NCBI GenBank assembly: GCA_964016885.1
Contig: OZ024743.1
Location: forward strand, 134,974,001 to 135,038,000
Source of the DNA: Eledone cirrhosa
Taxonomy: Eukaryota
Length of the DNA: 64,000 nucleotides
Reading direction: 5' to 3'
The position numbers and the translations under genes are program-made. The notes under the pieces were generated by a model. The model did not search any database. It saw only the letters and a program-made list of their open reading frames with translations, and was not told the origin of the DNA. This document shows, one piece after another, positions 11,800-25,400 of this stretch. Each line of letters opens with the position of its first letter. The stretch's first letter is position 1.

Positions 11800-14700
11800 C
11801 TTGGTACTTGGTGTTTGGTGATTGGTGCTTGATGCTTGGTGTTTGGTGCTTGGTGCTAGGTGTTTGGTGTTTGGCGCTTGGTGCTTGGTGTTTGGTGCTT
11901 GGTGCTTGGTGTTTGGTGTTTGGTGCTTGGTCTTTGGTACTTGATGGTTGGTGCTTGGTCTTTGGTGCTTGGTGCTTGGTGCTTGGTGCTTGGTGTTTGG
12001 TGCTTGGTGCTTGGTGCTTGGTGTTTGGTGCTTGGTCCTTGGTGCTTGGTGTTTGGTGCTTGGTGTTTGGTCCTTGCTGCTTGGTGATTGGTGCTTTGTG
12101 CTTGGTGCTTGGTGTTTGGTGTTTGGTGCTTGGTGCTTGGTGTTTGGTGCTTGGTGCTTGGTGCTTGGTGTTTGGTGCTTGGTGTTTGGTCCTTGCTGCT
12201 TGGTGATTGGTGCTTTGTGCTTGGTGTTTGGTGTTTGGTGTTTGGTGCTTGGTGTTTGGTGTTTGGTGTCTGGTGCTTGGTGCTTGGTGTTTGGTGCTTG
12301 GTGCTTGCTCTTTGGTGCTTCGTGCTTGGTGCTTGGTGTTTGGTGTTTGGTGCTTCGTGCTTGGTGTTTGGTGTTTGGTGCTTGGTGTTTGGGGTTTGGT
12401 GCTTGGTGCTTGGTGCTTGGTGCTTGGTGCTTGGTGCTTGGTGTTTGGTGTTTGGTGCTTGGGGCTTGGTGACTGGTGTTTGGTGCTTGGTGCTTGGTGC
12501 TTGCTGTTTTGTGTTTGGTGTTTGGTGTTTGGTGCTTGGTGTTTGGTGTTTGGTGTTTGCTGTTTGGTGTTTGGTGTTTGCTGTTTGGTGTTTGCTATTT
12601 TGTGTTTGGTGTATGCAGTTTGGTGTTTGCTGTTTGGTGTTTGCTGTGTGGTGTTTGGTGTTTGGTGCTTGGTGCTTGGTGTTTGGTACTTGGTGCTTGG
12701 GGCTTGGTGCTTTGTGTTTGGTGCTTGGTGCTTGGTGTTTGGTGCTTGGTGCTTGGTGTTTGGTGTTTGGTGCTTGGTGTTTGGTGTTTGGTGTCTGGCG
12801 CTTGGTGCTTGGTGTTTGGTGCTTGGTGCTTGGTGTTTGGTGCTTGGTGCTTGGTGCTTGGTGCTTGCTGTTTGGTGCTTGGTGCTTGGTGTTTGGTGTT
12901 TGGTGTTGGTGCTTGGTGTTTGGTGTTTGGTGCTGTGTGCTTGGTGCTTGGTGCTTGGTGCTTGGTGCTTGGTGCTTGGTGTTTGGTGTTTGGTGCTTGG
13001 TGCTTGGTGCTTGGTGTTTTGTGTTTGGTGTTTGGTGTTTGGTGCTTGGTGTTTGGTGTTTGGTGTTTGCTGTTTGGTGTTTGGTGTTTGCTGTTTGGGG
13101 TTTGCTATTTGGTGTTTGGTGTTTGCAGATTGGTGTTTGCTGTTTGGTGTTTGCTGTGTGGTGTTTGGTGTTTAGTGCTTGGTGCTTGGTGTTTGGTGTT
13201 TGGTGCTTGGTGCTTGGTGTTTGGTGCTTGGTGCTTGGTGCTTGGTGCTTGGTGCTTGGTGTTTGGTGCTTGGTGCTTGGTGTTTGGTGCTTGGTGCTTG
13301 GTGTTTGGTGTTTAGTGCTTGGTGCTTGGTGTTTGGTGTTTGGTGCTTGGTGGTTGGTGTTTGCTGTTTGGTGCTTGATGCTTGGTGTTTGGTGCTTGGT
13401 GCTTGGTGTTTGGTGCTTGGTGCTTGGTGCTTGGTGCTTGGTGTTTGGTCCTTGGTGCTTGGTGTTTGGTGTTTGGTGCTTGGTGCTTGGTGTTTGGTGC
13501 TTGGTGCTTGGTGTTTGGTGTTTGGTGTTTGGTGTTTGGCACTTGGTGCTTGGTGTTTGGTGCTTGGTGCTTGGTGTTTGGTGTTTGGTGCTTGGTGATT
13601 GGTTCATGGTGCTTGGTGCTTGGTGTTTGGTGTTTGGTGCTTGGTGCTTGCTGCTTGGTGCTTGGTGCTTTGTACTTGGTGCTTGGTGTATGGTGTTCGG
13701 TGCTGGGTGCTTGGTGTTTGGTGCTTGGTGCTTGGTGCTTGGTGCTTGGTGCTTGGTGCTTGGTGTTTTGTGTTTGGTGCTTGGTGCTTGGTGTTTGGTG
13801 TTTAGTGCTTGGTGCTTGGTGTTTGGTGTTTGATGCTTGGTGCTTGGTGTTTGGTGTTTGGTGCTTGGTGCTTGGTGTTTGCTGTTTGGTGCTTGATGCT
13901 TGGTGTTTGGTGTTTGGTGCTTGGTGTTTGGTGCTTGGTGCTTGGTGTTTGCTGTTTGCTGTTTGCTGTTTGGTGTTTGCTATTTGGTGTTTGGTGTTTG
14001 CTGTTTGGTGTTTGCTGTTTGGTGTTTGCTGTGTGGTGTTTGGTGTTTGGTGTTCGGTGCTTGGTGCTTGGTTTTTTCTCTTTGGTGCTTGGTGCTTGGT
14101 GTTTGGTGCTTGGTGCTTGGGGTTTGGTGGTTGGTGCTTGGTGCTTGGTGATTGGTGCTTGGTGTTTGGTGCCTGGTGTTTGGTGTTTGGTTATTGGTGC
14201 TTGGTGTTTGATGTGTGGTGCTTGGTGCTTGGTGTTTGGTATTTGGTGCTTGGTGGTTGGTGCTTGGTGTTTGGTGCTGTGTGCTTGGTGCTTGTTGTTT
14301 GGTGCTTGGTGCTAGGTGTTTGGTGTTTGGTGCTTGGTGTTTGGTGTTTCGTGTTTGGTGCTTGGTACTTGGTGTTTTATGTTTGGTGTTTGGTGCTTGG
14401 TGCTTGGTGCTTGGTGTTTGGTGCTTGGTGCTTGGTGCTTGGTGCTTGGTGTTTGATGTTTAGTGCTTGGTGCTTGGTATTTGGTGTGTGGTGCTTGGTG
14501 CTTGTTGTTTGGTGTTTGGTGATTGGTGCTTGGTGCTTGTTGTTTGGTCTTTGGCGCTTGATGCTTGGTGTTTGGTGCTTGGTGCTTGGTTCTTGGTGAT
14601 TGGTGCTTGGTGTTTGGTGCTTGGTGTTTGGTGCTTGCTGCTTGGTGCTTGCTGTTTGGTGTTTAGTGCTTGGAGCTTGGTGCTTGCTGCTTGGTGCTTG

Positions 14701-17700
14701 GTGATTTGTGCTTGGTGCTTGGTGTTTGGTGTTTGGTGCTTGGTGAATGGTGTTTGGTGCTTGGTGCTTGTTGTTTGGTGCTTGGTGCTTGGTGCTTGGT
14801 GTTTGGTGCTTGGTGCTTGGTGTTTGGTGCTTGGTGCTTGGTGTTTGGTGTATGGTGCTTGGTGCTTGGTGCTTGGTGCTTGGTGTTTGGTGCTTGGTGC
14901 TTGGTGCTTGGTGTTTGGTGTTTGGTGCTTGGTGCTTGTTGTTAGGTGTTTGGTGCTTGGTGTTTGGTGTTTGGTGCTTGGTGCTTGGTGTTTGGTATTT
15001 GGTGCTTGGTGCTTGGTGCTTGGTGTTTGGTGTTTGGTGCTTGGTGCTTGGCGTTTGGTGTTTCTCGTTTGATGTTTGGCTTTTTCTGTTTGCTGTTTGG
15101 TGTTTGCTGCTTGCTATTTGGTGTTTTGTGTTTGATGTTTGGTGTTTGCTGTTTGGCGTTTGCCGTTTGGTGTTTTCTGTTTGCTGTTTGGTGTTTGCTG
15201 TTTGGTGATTGGTGTTTGGTGCTTGCTGCTTGGTGCTTGGTGTTTGGTGCTTGGTGCTTGTTACTTGGTGCTTGGTGTTTGGTGTTTGGTACTTGGTGCT
15301 TGGTGTTTGGTGTTTGGTGCTTGGTGCTTGGTGTTTGGTGTTTGGTGCTTGGTGCTTGGTGTTTGGTGATTGGTGCTTGGTGCTTGGTGTTTGGTGCTTG
15401 GTGCTAGGTGTTTGGTGTTTGGCGCTTGGTGCTTGGTGTTTGGTGCTTGGTGCTTGGTGTTTGGTGTTTGGTGCTTGGTCTTTGGTACTTGATGGTTGGT
15501 GCTTGGTCTTTGGTGCTTGGTGCTTGGTGCTTGGTGCTTGGTGTTTGGTGCTTGGTGCTTGGTGCTTGGTGTTTGGTGCTTGGTCCTTGGTGCTTGGTGT
15601 TTGGTGCTTGGTGTTTGGTCCTTGCTGCTTGGTGATTGCTGCTTTGTGCTTGGTGCTTGGTGTTTGGTGTTTGGTGCTTGGTGATCCGTGTTTGGTGCTT
15701 GGTGCTTGGTGCTTGGTGTTTGGTGTTTGGTGTTTGGTGCTTGGTGCTTGGTGTTTGGTGTTTGGTGCTTGGTGCTTGGTGTTTGGTGATTGGTGCTTGA
15801 TGCTTGGTGTTTGGTGCTTGGTGCTAGGTGTTTGGTGTTTGGCGCTTGGTGCTTGGTGTTTGGTGCTTGGTGCTTGGTGTTTGGTGTTTGGTGCTTGGTC
15901 TTTGGTACTTGATGGTTGGTGCTTGGTCTTTGGTGCTTGGTGCTTGGTGCTTGGTGCTTGGTGTTTGGTGCTTGGTGCTTGGTGCTTGGTGTTTGGTGCT
16001 TGGTCCTTGGTGCTTGGTGTTTGGTGCTTGGTGTTTGGTCCTTGCTGCTTGGTGATTGGTGCTTTGTGCTTGGTGCTTGGTGTTTGGTGTTTGGTGCTTG
16101 GTGCTTGGTGTTTGGTGCTTGGTGCTTGGTGCTTGGTGTTTGGTGCTTGGTCCTTGGTGCTTGGTGTTTGGTGCTTGGTGTTTGGTCCTTGCTGCTTGGT
16201 GATTGGTGCTTTGTGCTTGGTGTTTGGTGTTTGGTGTTTGGTGCTTGGTGTTTGGTGTTTGGTGTCTGGTGCTTGGTGCTTGGTGTTTGGTGCTTGGTGC
16301 TTGCTCTTTGGTGCTTCGTGCTTGGTGCTTGGTGTTTGGTGTTTGGTGCTTCGTGCTTGGTGTTTGGTGTTTGGTGCTTGGTGTTTGGGGTTTGGTGCTT
16401 GGTGCTTGGTGCTTGGTGCTTGGTGCTTGGTGTTTGGTGTTTGGTGCTTGGGGCTTGGTGACTGGTGTTTGGTGCTTGGTGCTTGGTGCTTGCTGTTTTG
16501 TGTTTGGTGTTTGGTGTTTGGTGCTTGGTGTTTGGTGTTTGGTGTTTGCTGTTTGGTGTTTGGTGTTTGCTGTTTGGTGTTTGCTATTTTGTGTTTGGTG
16601 TATGCAGTTTGGTGTTTGCTGTTTGGTGTTTGCTGTGTGGTGTTTGGTGTTTGGTGCTTGGTGCTTGGTGTTTGGTACTTGGTGCTTGGGGCTTGGTGCT
16701 TTGTGTTTGGTGCTTGGTGCTTGGTGTTTGGTGCTTGGTGCTTGGTGTTTGGTGTTTGGTGCTTGGTGTTTGGTGTTTGGTGTCTGGCGCTTGGTGCTTG
16801 GTGTTTGGTGCTTGGTGCTTGGTGTTTGGTGCTTGGTGCTTGGTGCTTGGTGCTTGCTGTTTGGTGCTTGGTGCTTGGTGTTTGGTGTTTGGTGCTTGGT
16901 GCTTGGTGTTTGGTGTTTGGTGCTGTGTGCTTGGTGCTTGGTGCTTGGTGCTTGGTGCTTGGTGCTTGGTGTTTGGTGTTTGGTGCTTGGTGCTTGGTGC
17001 TTGGTGTTTTGTGTTTGGTGTTTGGTGTTTGGTGCTTGGTGTTTGGTGTTTGGTGTTTGCTGTTTGGTGTTTGGTGTTTGCTGTTTGGGGTTTGCTATTT
17101 GGTGTTTGGTGTTTGCAGATTGGTGTTTGCTGTTTGGTGTTTGCTGTGTGGTGTTTGGTGTTTAGTGCTTGGTGATTGGTGTTTGGTGTTTGGTGCTTGG
17201 TGCTTGGTGTTTGGTGCTTGGTGCTTGGTGCTTGGTGCTTGGTGCTTGGTGTTTGGTGCTTGGTGCTTGGTGTTTGGTGCTTGGTGCTTGGTGTTTGGTG
17301 TTTAGTGCTTGGTGCTTGGTGTTTGGTGTTTGGTGCTTGGTGGTTGGATTTTGCTGTTTGGTGCTTGATGCTTGGTGTTTGGTGCTTGGTGCTTGGTGTT
17401 TGGTGCTTGGTGCTTGGTGCTTGGTGCTTGGTGTTTGGTCCTTGGTGCTTGGTGTTTGGTGTTTGGTGCTTGGTGCTTGGTGTTTGGTGCTTGGTGCTTG
17501 GTGTTTGGTGTTTGGTGTTTGGTGTTTGGCACTTGGTGCTTGGTGTTTGGTGCTTGGTGCTTGGTGTTTGGTGTTTGGTGCTTGGTGATTGGTTCTTGGT
17601 GCTTGGTGCTTGGTGTTTGGTGTTTGGTGCTTGGTGCTTGCTGCTTGGTGCTTGGTGCTTTGTACTTGGTGCTTGGTGTTTGCTGTTTGGTGTTTGCTGT

Positions 17701-19440
17701 TTGGTGTTTGCTGTGTGGTGTTTGGTGTTTGGTGTTCGGTGCTTGGTGCTTGGTTTTTTCTCTTTGGTGCTTGGTGCTTGGTGTTTGGTGTTTAGTGCTT
17801 GGTGCTTGGTGTTTGGTGTTTGATGCTTGGTGCTTGGTGTTTGGTGTTTGGTGCTTGGTGCTTGGTGTTTGCTGTTTGGTGCTTGATGCTTGGTGTTTGG
17901 TGTTTGGTGCTTGGTGTTTGGTGCTTGGTGCTTGGTGTTTGCTGTTTGCTGTTTGCTGTTTGGTGTTTGCTATTTGGTGTTTGGTGTTTGCTGTTTGGTG
18001 TTTGCTGTTTGGTGTTTGCTGTGTGGTGTTTGGTGTTTGGTGTTCGGTGCTTGGTGCTTGGTTTTTTCTCTTTGGTGCTTGGTGCTTGGTGTTTGGTGCT
18101 TGGTGCTTGGTGTTTGGTGGTTGGTGCTTGGTGCTTGGTGATTGGTGCTTGGTGTTTGGTGCCTGGTGTTTGGTGTTTGGTTATTGGTGCTTGGTGTTTG
18201 ATGTGTGGTGCTTGGTGCTTGGTGTTTGGTATTTGGTGCTTGGTGGTTGGTGCTTGGTGTTTGGTGCTGTGTGCTTGGTGCTTGTTGTTTGGTGCTTGGT
18301 GCTAGGTGTTTGGTGTTTGGTGCTTGGTGTTTGGTGTTTCGTGTTTGGTGCTTGGTACTTGGTGTTTTATGTTTGGTGTTTGGTGCTTGGTGCTTGGTGC
18401 TTGGTGTTTGGTGCTTGGTGCTTGGTGCTTGGTGCTTGGTGTTTGATGTTTAGTGCTTGGTGCTTGGTATTTGGTGTGTGGTGCTTGGTGCTTGTTGTTT
18501 GGTGTTTGGTGATTGGTGCTTGGTGCTTGTTGTTTGGTCTTTGGCGCTTGATGCTTGGTGTTTGGTGCTTGGTGCTTGGTTCTTGGTGATTGGTGCTTGG
18601 TGTTTGGTGCTTGGTGTTTGGTGCTTGCTGCTTGGTGCTTGCTGTTTGGTGTTTAGTGCTTGGAGCTTGGTGCTTGCTGCTTGGTGCTTGGTGATTTGTG
18701 CTTGGTGCTTGGTGTTTGGTGTTTGGTGCTTGGTGAATGGTGTTTGGTGCTTGGTGCTTGTTGTTTGGTGCTTGGTGCTTGGTGCTTGGTGTTTGGTGCT
18801 TGGTGCTTGGTGTTTGGTGCTTGGTGCTTGGTGTTTGGTGTATGGTGCTTGGTGCTTGGTGCTTGGTGCTTGGTGTTTGGTGCTTGGTGCTTGGTGCTTG
18901 GTGTTTGGTGTTTGGTGCTTGGTGCTTGTTGTTAGGTGTTTGGTGCTTGGTGTTTGGTGTTTGGTGCTTGGTGCTTGGTGTTTGGTATTTGGTGCTTGGT
19001 GCTTGGTGCTTGGTGTTTGGTGTTTGGTGCTTGGTGCTTGGCGTTTGGTGTTTCTCGTTTGATGTTTGGCTTTTTCTGTTTGCTGTTTGGTGTTTGCTGC
19101 TTGCTATTTGGTGTTTTGTGTTTGATGTTTGGTGTTTGCTGTTTGGCGTTTGCCGTTTGGTGTTTTCTGTTTGCTGTTTGGTGTTTGCTGTTTGGTGATT
19201 GGTGTTTGGTGCTTGCTGCTTGGTGCTTGGTGTTTGGTGCTTGGTGCTTGTTACTTGGTGCTTGGTGTTTGGTGTTTGGTACTTGGTGCTTGGTGTTTGG
19301 TGTTTGGTGCTTGGTGCTTGGTGTTTGGTGTTTGGTGCTTGGTGCTTGGTGTTTGGTGATTGGTGCTTGGTGCTTGGTGTTTGGTGCTTGGTGCTAGGTG
19401 TTTGGTGTTTGGCGCTTGGTGCTTGGTGTTTGGTGCTTGG
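11800..19440 (+). repeat. Tandem higher-order repeat, period about 3,990 bp (570 monomers), two near-identical copies
   Basis: ORF pairs with identical or near-identical translations at offset 3990: 14215/18205, 14467/18457, 14946/18936, 13312/17302. Markers gaatgg 14745/18735 and tttctcg 15061/19051. Confidence 0.9.
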
Positions 19441-19479
19441 TGCTAGGTGTTTGGTGTTTGGCGCTTGGTGCTTGGTGTT

Positions 19480-22400
19480 TGGTACTTGATGGTTGGTGCT
19501 TGGTCTTTGGTGCTTGGTGCTTGGTGCTTGGTGCTTGGTGTTTGGTGCTTGGTGCTTGGTGCTTGGTGTTTGGTGCTTGGTCCTTGGTGCTTGGTGTTTG
19601 GTGCTTGGTGTTTGGTCCTTGCTGCTTGGTGATTGCTGCTTTGTGCTTGGTGCTTGGTGTTTGGTGTTTGGTGCTTGGTGATCCGTGTTTGGTGCTTGGT
19701 GCTTGGTGCTTGTTGTTTGGTGCTTGGTGCTTGGTGCTTGGTGTTTGGTGCTTGGTGCTTGGTGTTTGGTGTTTAGTGCTTGGTGCTTGGTGGTTGGTGT
19801 TTGCTGTTTGGTGCTTGATGCTTGGTGTTTGGTGCTTGGTGCTTGGTGTTTGGTGCTTGGTGCTTGGTGCTTGGTGCTTGGTGTTTGGTCCTTGGTGCTT
19901 GGTGTTTGGTGTTTGGTGCTTGGTGATTGGTTCTTGGTGCTTGGTGCTTGGTGTTTGGTGTTTGGTGCTTGGTGCTTGCTGCTTGGTGCTTGGTGCTTTG
20001 TACTTGGTGCTTGGTGTTTGGTGTTTGGTGCTGGGTGCTTGGTGTTTGGTGCTTGGTGCTTGGTGCTTGGTGCTTGGTGCTTGGTGCTTGGTGTTTTGTG
20101 TTTGGTGCTTGGTGCTTGGTGTCTGGTGTTTAGTGCTTGGTGCTTGGTGTTTGGTGTTTGATGCTTGGTGCTTGGTGTTTGGTATTTGGTGCTTGGTGCT
20201 TGGTGTTTGCTGTTTGGTGCTTGATGCTTGGTGTTTGGTGTTTGGTGCTTGGTGTTTGGTGCTTGGTGCTTGGTGTTTGGTGTTTGCTGCTTTGTGTTTG
20301 GTGCTTGGATCTTGGTGCTTGGTGTTGGGTGCTTGGTGCTTGGTGTTTGCTGTTTGGTGCTTGATGCTTGGTGTTTGGTGTTTGGTGCTTGGTGTTTGGT
20401 GCTTGGTGCTTGGTGTTTGCTGTTTGCTCTTTGCTGTTTGGTGTTTGCTATTTGGTGTTTGGTGTTTGCTTTTTGGTGTTTGCTGTTTGGTGTTTGCTGT
20501 GTGGTGTTTGGTGTTTGGTGTTCGGTGCTTGGTGCTTGGTTTTTTTCTTTGGTGCTTGGTGCTTGGTGTTTGGTGCTTGGTGCTTGGTGTTTGGTGGTTG
20601 GTGCTTGGTGCTTGGTGATTGGTGCTTGGTGTTTGATGTGTGGTGCTTGGTGCTTGGTGTTTGGTATTTGGTGCTTGGTGGTTGGTGCTTGGTGTTTGGT
20701 GCTGTGTGCTTGGTGCTTGTTGTTTGGTGCTTGGTTCTAGGTGTTTGGTGTTTGGTGCTTGGTTTGGTGTTTCGTGTTTGGTGCTTGGTACTTGGTGTTT
20801 TATGTTTGGTGTTTGGTGCTTGGTGCTTGGTGCTTGGTGTTTGGTGCTTGGTGCTTGGTGCTTGGTGCTTGGTGTTTGATGTTTAGTGCTTGGTGCTTGG
20901 TATTTGGTGTGTGGTGCTTGGTGCTTGTTGTTTGGTGTTTGGTGCTTGGTGCTTGGTGTTTGGTGATTGGTGCTTGGTGCTTGTTGTTTGGTCTTTGGCG
21001 CTTGATGCTTGGTGTTTGTGGCTTGGTGCTTGGTTCTTGGTGTTTGGTGCTTGGTGTTTGGTGCTTGGTGTTTGGTGCTTGCTGCTTGGTGCTTGCTGTT
21101 TGGTGTTTAGTGCTTGGAGCTTGGTGCTTGCTGCTTGGTGCTTGGTGATTTGTGCTTGGTGCTTGGTGTTTGGTGTTTGGTGCTTGGTGAATGGTGTTTG
21201 GTGCTTGGTGCTTGTTGTTTGGTGCTTGGTGCTTGGTGCTTGGTGTTTGGTGCTTGGTGCTTGGTGTTTGGTGCTTGGTGCTTGGTGTTTGGTGTATGGT
21301 GCTTGGTGCTTGGTGTTTGGTCTTGGTGTTTGGTGCTTGGTGCTTGGTGCTTGGTGTTTGGTGTTTGGTGCTTGGTGCTTGTTGTTAGGTGTTTGGTGCT
21401 TGGTGTTTGGTGTTTGGTGCTTGGTGCTTGGTGTTTGGTATTTGGTGCTTGGTGCTTGGTGCTTGGTGTTTGGTGTTTGGTGTTTGGTGCTTGGTGCTTG
21501 GCATTTGGTGTTTCTCGTTTGATGTTTGGCATTTTCTGTTTGCTGTTTGGTGTTTGCTGCTTGCTATTTGGTGTTTTGTGTTTGATGTTTGGTGTTTGCT
21601 GTTCGGCGTTTGCCGTTTGGTGTTTTCTGTTTGCTGTTTGGTGTTTGATGTTTGGTGATTGGTGTTTGGTGCTTGCTGCTTGGTGCTTGGTGTTTGGTGC
21701 TTGGTGCTTGTTACTTGGTGCTTGGTGTTTGGTGTTTGGTACTTGGTGCTTGGTGTTTGGTGTTTGGTGCTTGGTGCTTGGTGTTTGGTGTTTGGTGCTT
21801 GGTGCTTGGTGTTTGGTGATTGGTGCTTGGTGCTTGGTGTTTGGTGCTTGGTGCTAGGTGTTTGGTGTTTGGCGCTTGGTGCTTGGTGTTTGGTGCTTGG
21901 TGCTTGGTGTTTGGTGTTTGGTGCTTGGTCTTTGGTACTTGATGGTTGGTGCTTGGTCTTTGGTGCTTGGTGCTTGGTGCTTGGTGCTTGGTGTTTGGTG
22001 CTTGGTGCTTGGTGCTTGGTGTTTGGTGCTTGGTCCTTGGTGCTTGGTGTTTGGTGCTTGGTGTTTGGTCCTTGCTGCTTGGTGATTGGTGCTTTGTGCT
22101 TGGTGCTTATTGTTTGGTGTTTGGTGCTTGGTGATTGGTGCTTGGTGCTTGGTGCTTGGTGCTTGTTGTTTGGTGCTTGGTGCTTGGTGCTTGGTGTTTG
22201 GTGCTTGGTGCTTGGAGCTTGGTGTTTGGTGTTTGGTGTTTGGTGCTTGGTGTTTGGTGTTTGGTGTCTGGTGCCTGGTGCTTGGTGTTTGGTGCTTGGT
22301 GCTTGCTGATTGGTGCTTCGTGCTTGGTGTTTGGTGTTTGGTGCTTGGTGCTTGGTGTTTGGTGCTTGGTGCTTGGTGCTTGGTGCTTGGTGTTTGGTGT

Positions 22401-25400
22401 TTGGTGCTTGGGGCTTGGTGTCTGGTGTTTGGTGCTTGGTGCTTGGTGCTTGCTGTTTTGTGTTTGGTGTTTGGTGTTTGGTGCTTGGTGTTTGGTGTTT
22501 GGTGTTTGCTGTTTGGTGTTTGGTGTTTGCTGTTTGGTATTTGCTATTTTGTGTTTGGTGTTTGCAGTTTGGTGTTTGCTGTTTGGTGTTTGCTGTGTGG
22601 TGTTTGGTGTTTGGTGCTTGGTGCTTGGTGTTTGGTGCTTGGTGCTTGGTGCTTGGTGCTTGGTGCTTGGTGCGTTGTGTTTGGTGCTTGGTGCTTGGTG
22701 CTTTGTACTTGGTGCTTGGTGTTTGGTGTTTGGTGTTTGGTGCTGGGTGCTTGGTGTTTGGTGCTTGGTGCTTGGTGCTTGGTGTTTGGTGCTTGGTGTT
22801 TGCTATTTGGTGTTTGGTGCTTGGTGCTTGGTGTTTGGTGCTTGGTGTTTGGTGTTTAGTGCTTGGTGCTTGGTGTTTGGTGTTTGGTGCTTGGTGTTTG
22901 CTGTTTGATGTTTGCTGTGTGGTGTTCGGTGTTTAGTGCTTGGTGCTTGGTGTTTGGTGTTTGGTGCTTGGTGCTTGGTGTTTGGTGCTTGGTGCTTGGT
23001 GCTTGGTGCTTGGTGCTTGGTGTTTGGTGCTTGGTGCTTGGTGTTTGGTGTTTGGTGCTTGGTGCTTGGTGTTTGGTGCTTGGTGCTTGGTGCTTGGTGC
23101 TTGGTGCTTGGTGCTTTGTGTTTGGAGCTTGGTGCTTGGTGTTTGGTGTTTAGTGCTTGGTGCTTGGTGTTTGGTGCTTGCTGCTTGGTGCTTGGTGTTT
23201 GCTCTTTGGTGCTTGATGCTTGCTGTTTGGTGCTTGGTGCTTGGTGTTTGGTACTTGGTGCTTGGTGCTTGGTGCTTTGTGTTTGGTGCTTGGTGCTTGG
23301 TGTTTGGTGTTTAGTGCTTGGTGCTTGGTGTTTGATGTTTAGTGCTTGGTGCTTGGTATTTGGTGTGTGGTGCTTGGTGCTTGTTGTTTGGTGTTTGGTG
23401 CTTGGTGCTTGGTGTTTGGTGATTGGTGCTTGGTGCTTGTTGTTTGGTCTTTGGCGCTTGATGCTTGGTGTTTGTGGCTTGGTGCTTGGTTCTTGGTGTT
23501 TGGTGCTTGGTGTTTGGTGCTTGGTGTTTGGTGCTTGCTGCTTGGTGCTTGCTGTTTGGTGTTTAGTGCTTGGAGCTTGGTGCTTGCTGCTTGGTGCTTG
23601 GTGATTTGTGCTTGGTGCTTGGTGTTTGGTGTTTGGTGCTTGGTGAATGGTGTTTGGTGCTTGGTGCTTGTTGTTTGGTGCTTGGTGCTTGGTGCTTGGT
23701 GTTTGGTGCTTGGTGCTTGATGTTTGGTGTATGGTGCTTGGTGCTTGGTGTTTGGTCTTGGTGTTTGGTGCTTGGTGCTTGGTGCTTGGTGTTTGGTGTT
23801 TGGTGCTTGGTGCTTGTTGTTAGGTGTTTGGTGCTTGGTGTTTGGTGTTTGGTGCTTGGTGCTTGGTGTTTGGTATTTGGTGCTTGGTGCTTGGTGCTTG
23901 GTGTTTGGTGTTTGGTGTTTGGTGCTTGGTGCTTGGCATTTGGTGTTTCTCGTTTGATGTTTGGCATTTTCTGTTTGCTGTTTGGTGTTTGCTGCTTGCT
24001 ATTTGGTGTTTTGTGTTTGATGTTTGGTGTTTGCTGATTGGCGTTTGCCGTTTGGTGTTTTCTGTTTGCTGTTTGGTGTTTGCTGTTTGGTGATTGGTGT
24101 TTGGTGCTTGCTGCTTGGTGCTTGGTGTTTGGTGCTTGGTGCTTGTTACTTGGTGCTTGGTGTTTGGTGTTTGGTACTTGGTGCTTGGTGTTTGGTGTTT
24201 GGTGCTTGGTGCTTGGTGTTTGGTGTTTGGTGCTTGGTGCTTGGTGTTTGGTGATTGGTGCTTGGTGCTTGGTGTTTGGTGCTTGGTGCTAGGTGTTTGG
24301 TGTTTGGCGCTTGGTGCTTGGTGTTTGGTGCTTGGTGCTTGGTGTTTGGTGTTTGGTGCTTGGTCTTTGGTACTTGATGGTTGGTGCTTGGTCTTTGGTG
24401 CTTGGTGCTTGGTGCTTGGTGCTTGGTGTTTGGTGCTTGGTGCTTGGTGCTTGGTGTTTGGTGCTTGGTCCTTGGTGCTTGGTGTTTGGTGCTTGGTGTT
24501 TGGTCCTTGCTGCTTGGTGATTGCTGCTTTGTGCTTGGTGCTTGGTGTTTGGTGTTTGGTGCTTGGTGATCCGTGTTTGGTGCTTGGTGCTTGGTGCTTG
24601 TTGTTTGGTGCTTGGTGCTTGGTGCTTGGTGTTTGGTGCTTGGTGCTTGGTGTTTGGTGTTTAGTGCTTGGTGCTTGGTGGTTGGTGTTTGCTGTTTGGT
24701 GCTTGATGCTTGGTGTTTGGTGCTTGGTGCTTGGTGTTTGGTGCTTGGTGCTTGGTGCTTGGTGCTTGGTGTTTGGTCCTTGGTGCTTGGTGTTTGGTGT
24801 TTGGTGCTTGGTGATTGGTTCTTGGTGCTTGGTGCTTGGTGTTTGGTGTTTGGTGCTTGGTGCTTGCTGCTTGGTGCTTGGTGCTTTGTACTTGGTGCTT
24901 GGTGTTTGGTGCTTGGTGCTTGGTGCTTGGTGCTTGGTGCTTGGTGCTTGGTGTTTTGTGTTTGGTGCTTGGTGCTTGGTGTTTGGTGTTTAGTGCTTGG
25001 TGCTTGGTGTTTGGTGTTTGATGCTTGGTGCTTGGTGTTTGGTATTTGGTGCTTGGTGCTTGGTGTTTGCTGTTTGGTGCTTGATGCTTGGTGTTTGGTG
25101 TTTGGTGCTTGGTGTTTGGTGCTTGGTGCTTGGTGTTTGGTGTTTGCTGCTTTGTGTTTGGTGCTTGGATCTTGGTGCTTGGTGTTGGGTGCTTGGTGCT
25201 TGGTGTTTGCTGTTTGGTGCTTGATGCTTGGTGTTTGGTGTTTGGTGCTTGGTGTTTGGTGCTTGGTGCTTGGTGTTTGCTGTTTGCTGTTTGCTGTTTG
25301 GTGTTTGCTATTTGGTGTTTGGTGTTTGCTTTTTGGTGTTTGCTGTTTGGTGTTTGCTGTGTGATGTTTGGTGTTTGGTGTTCGGTGCTTGGTGCTTGGT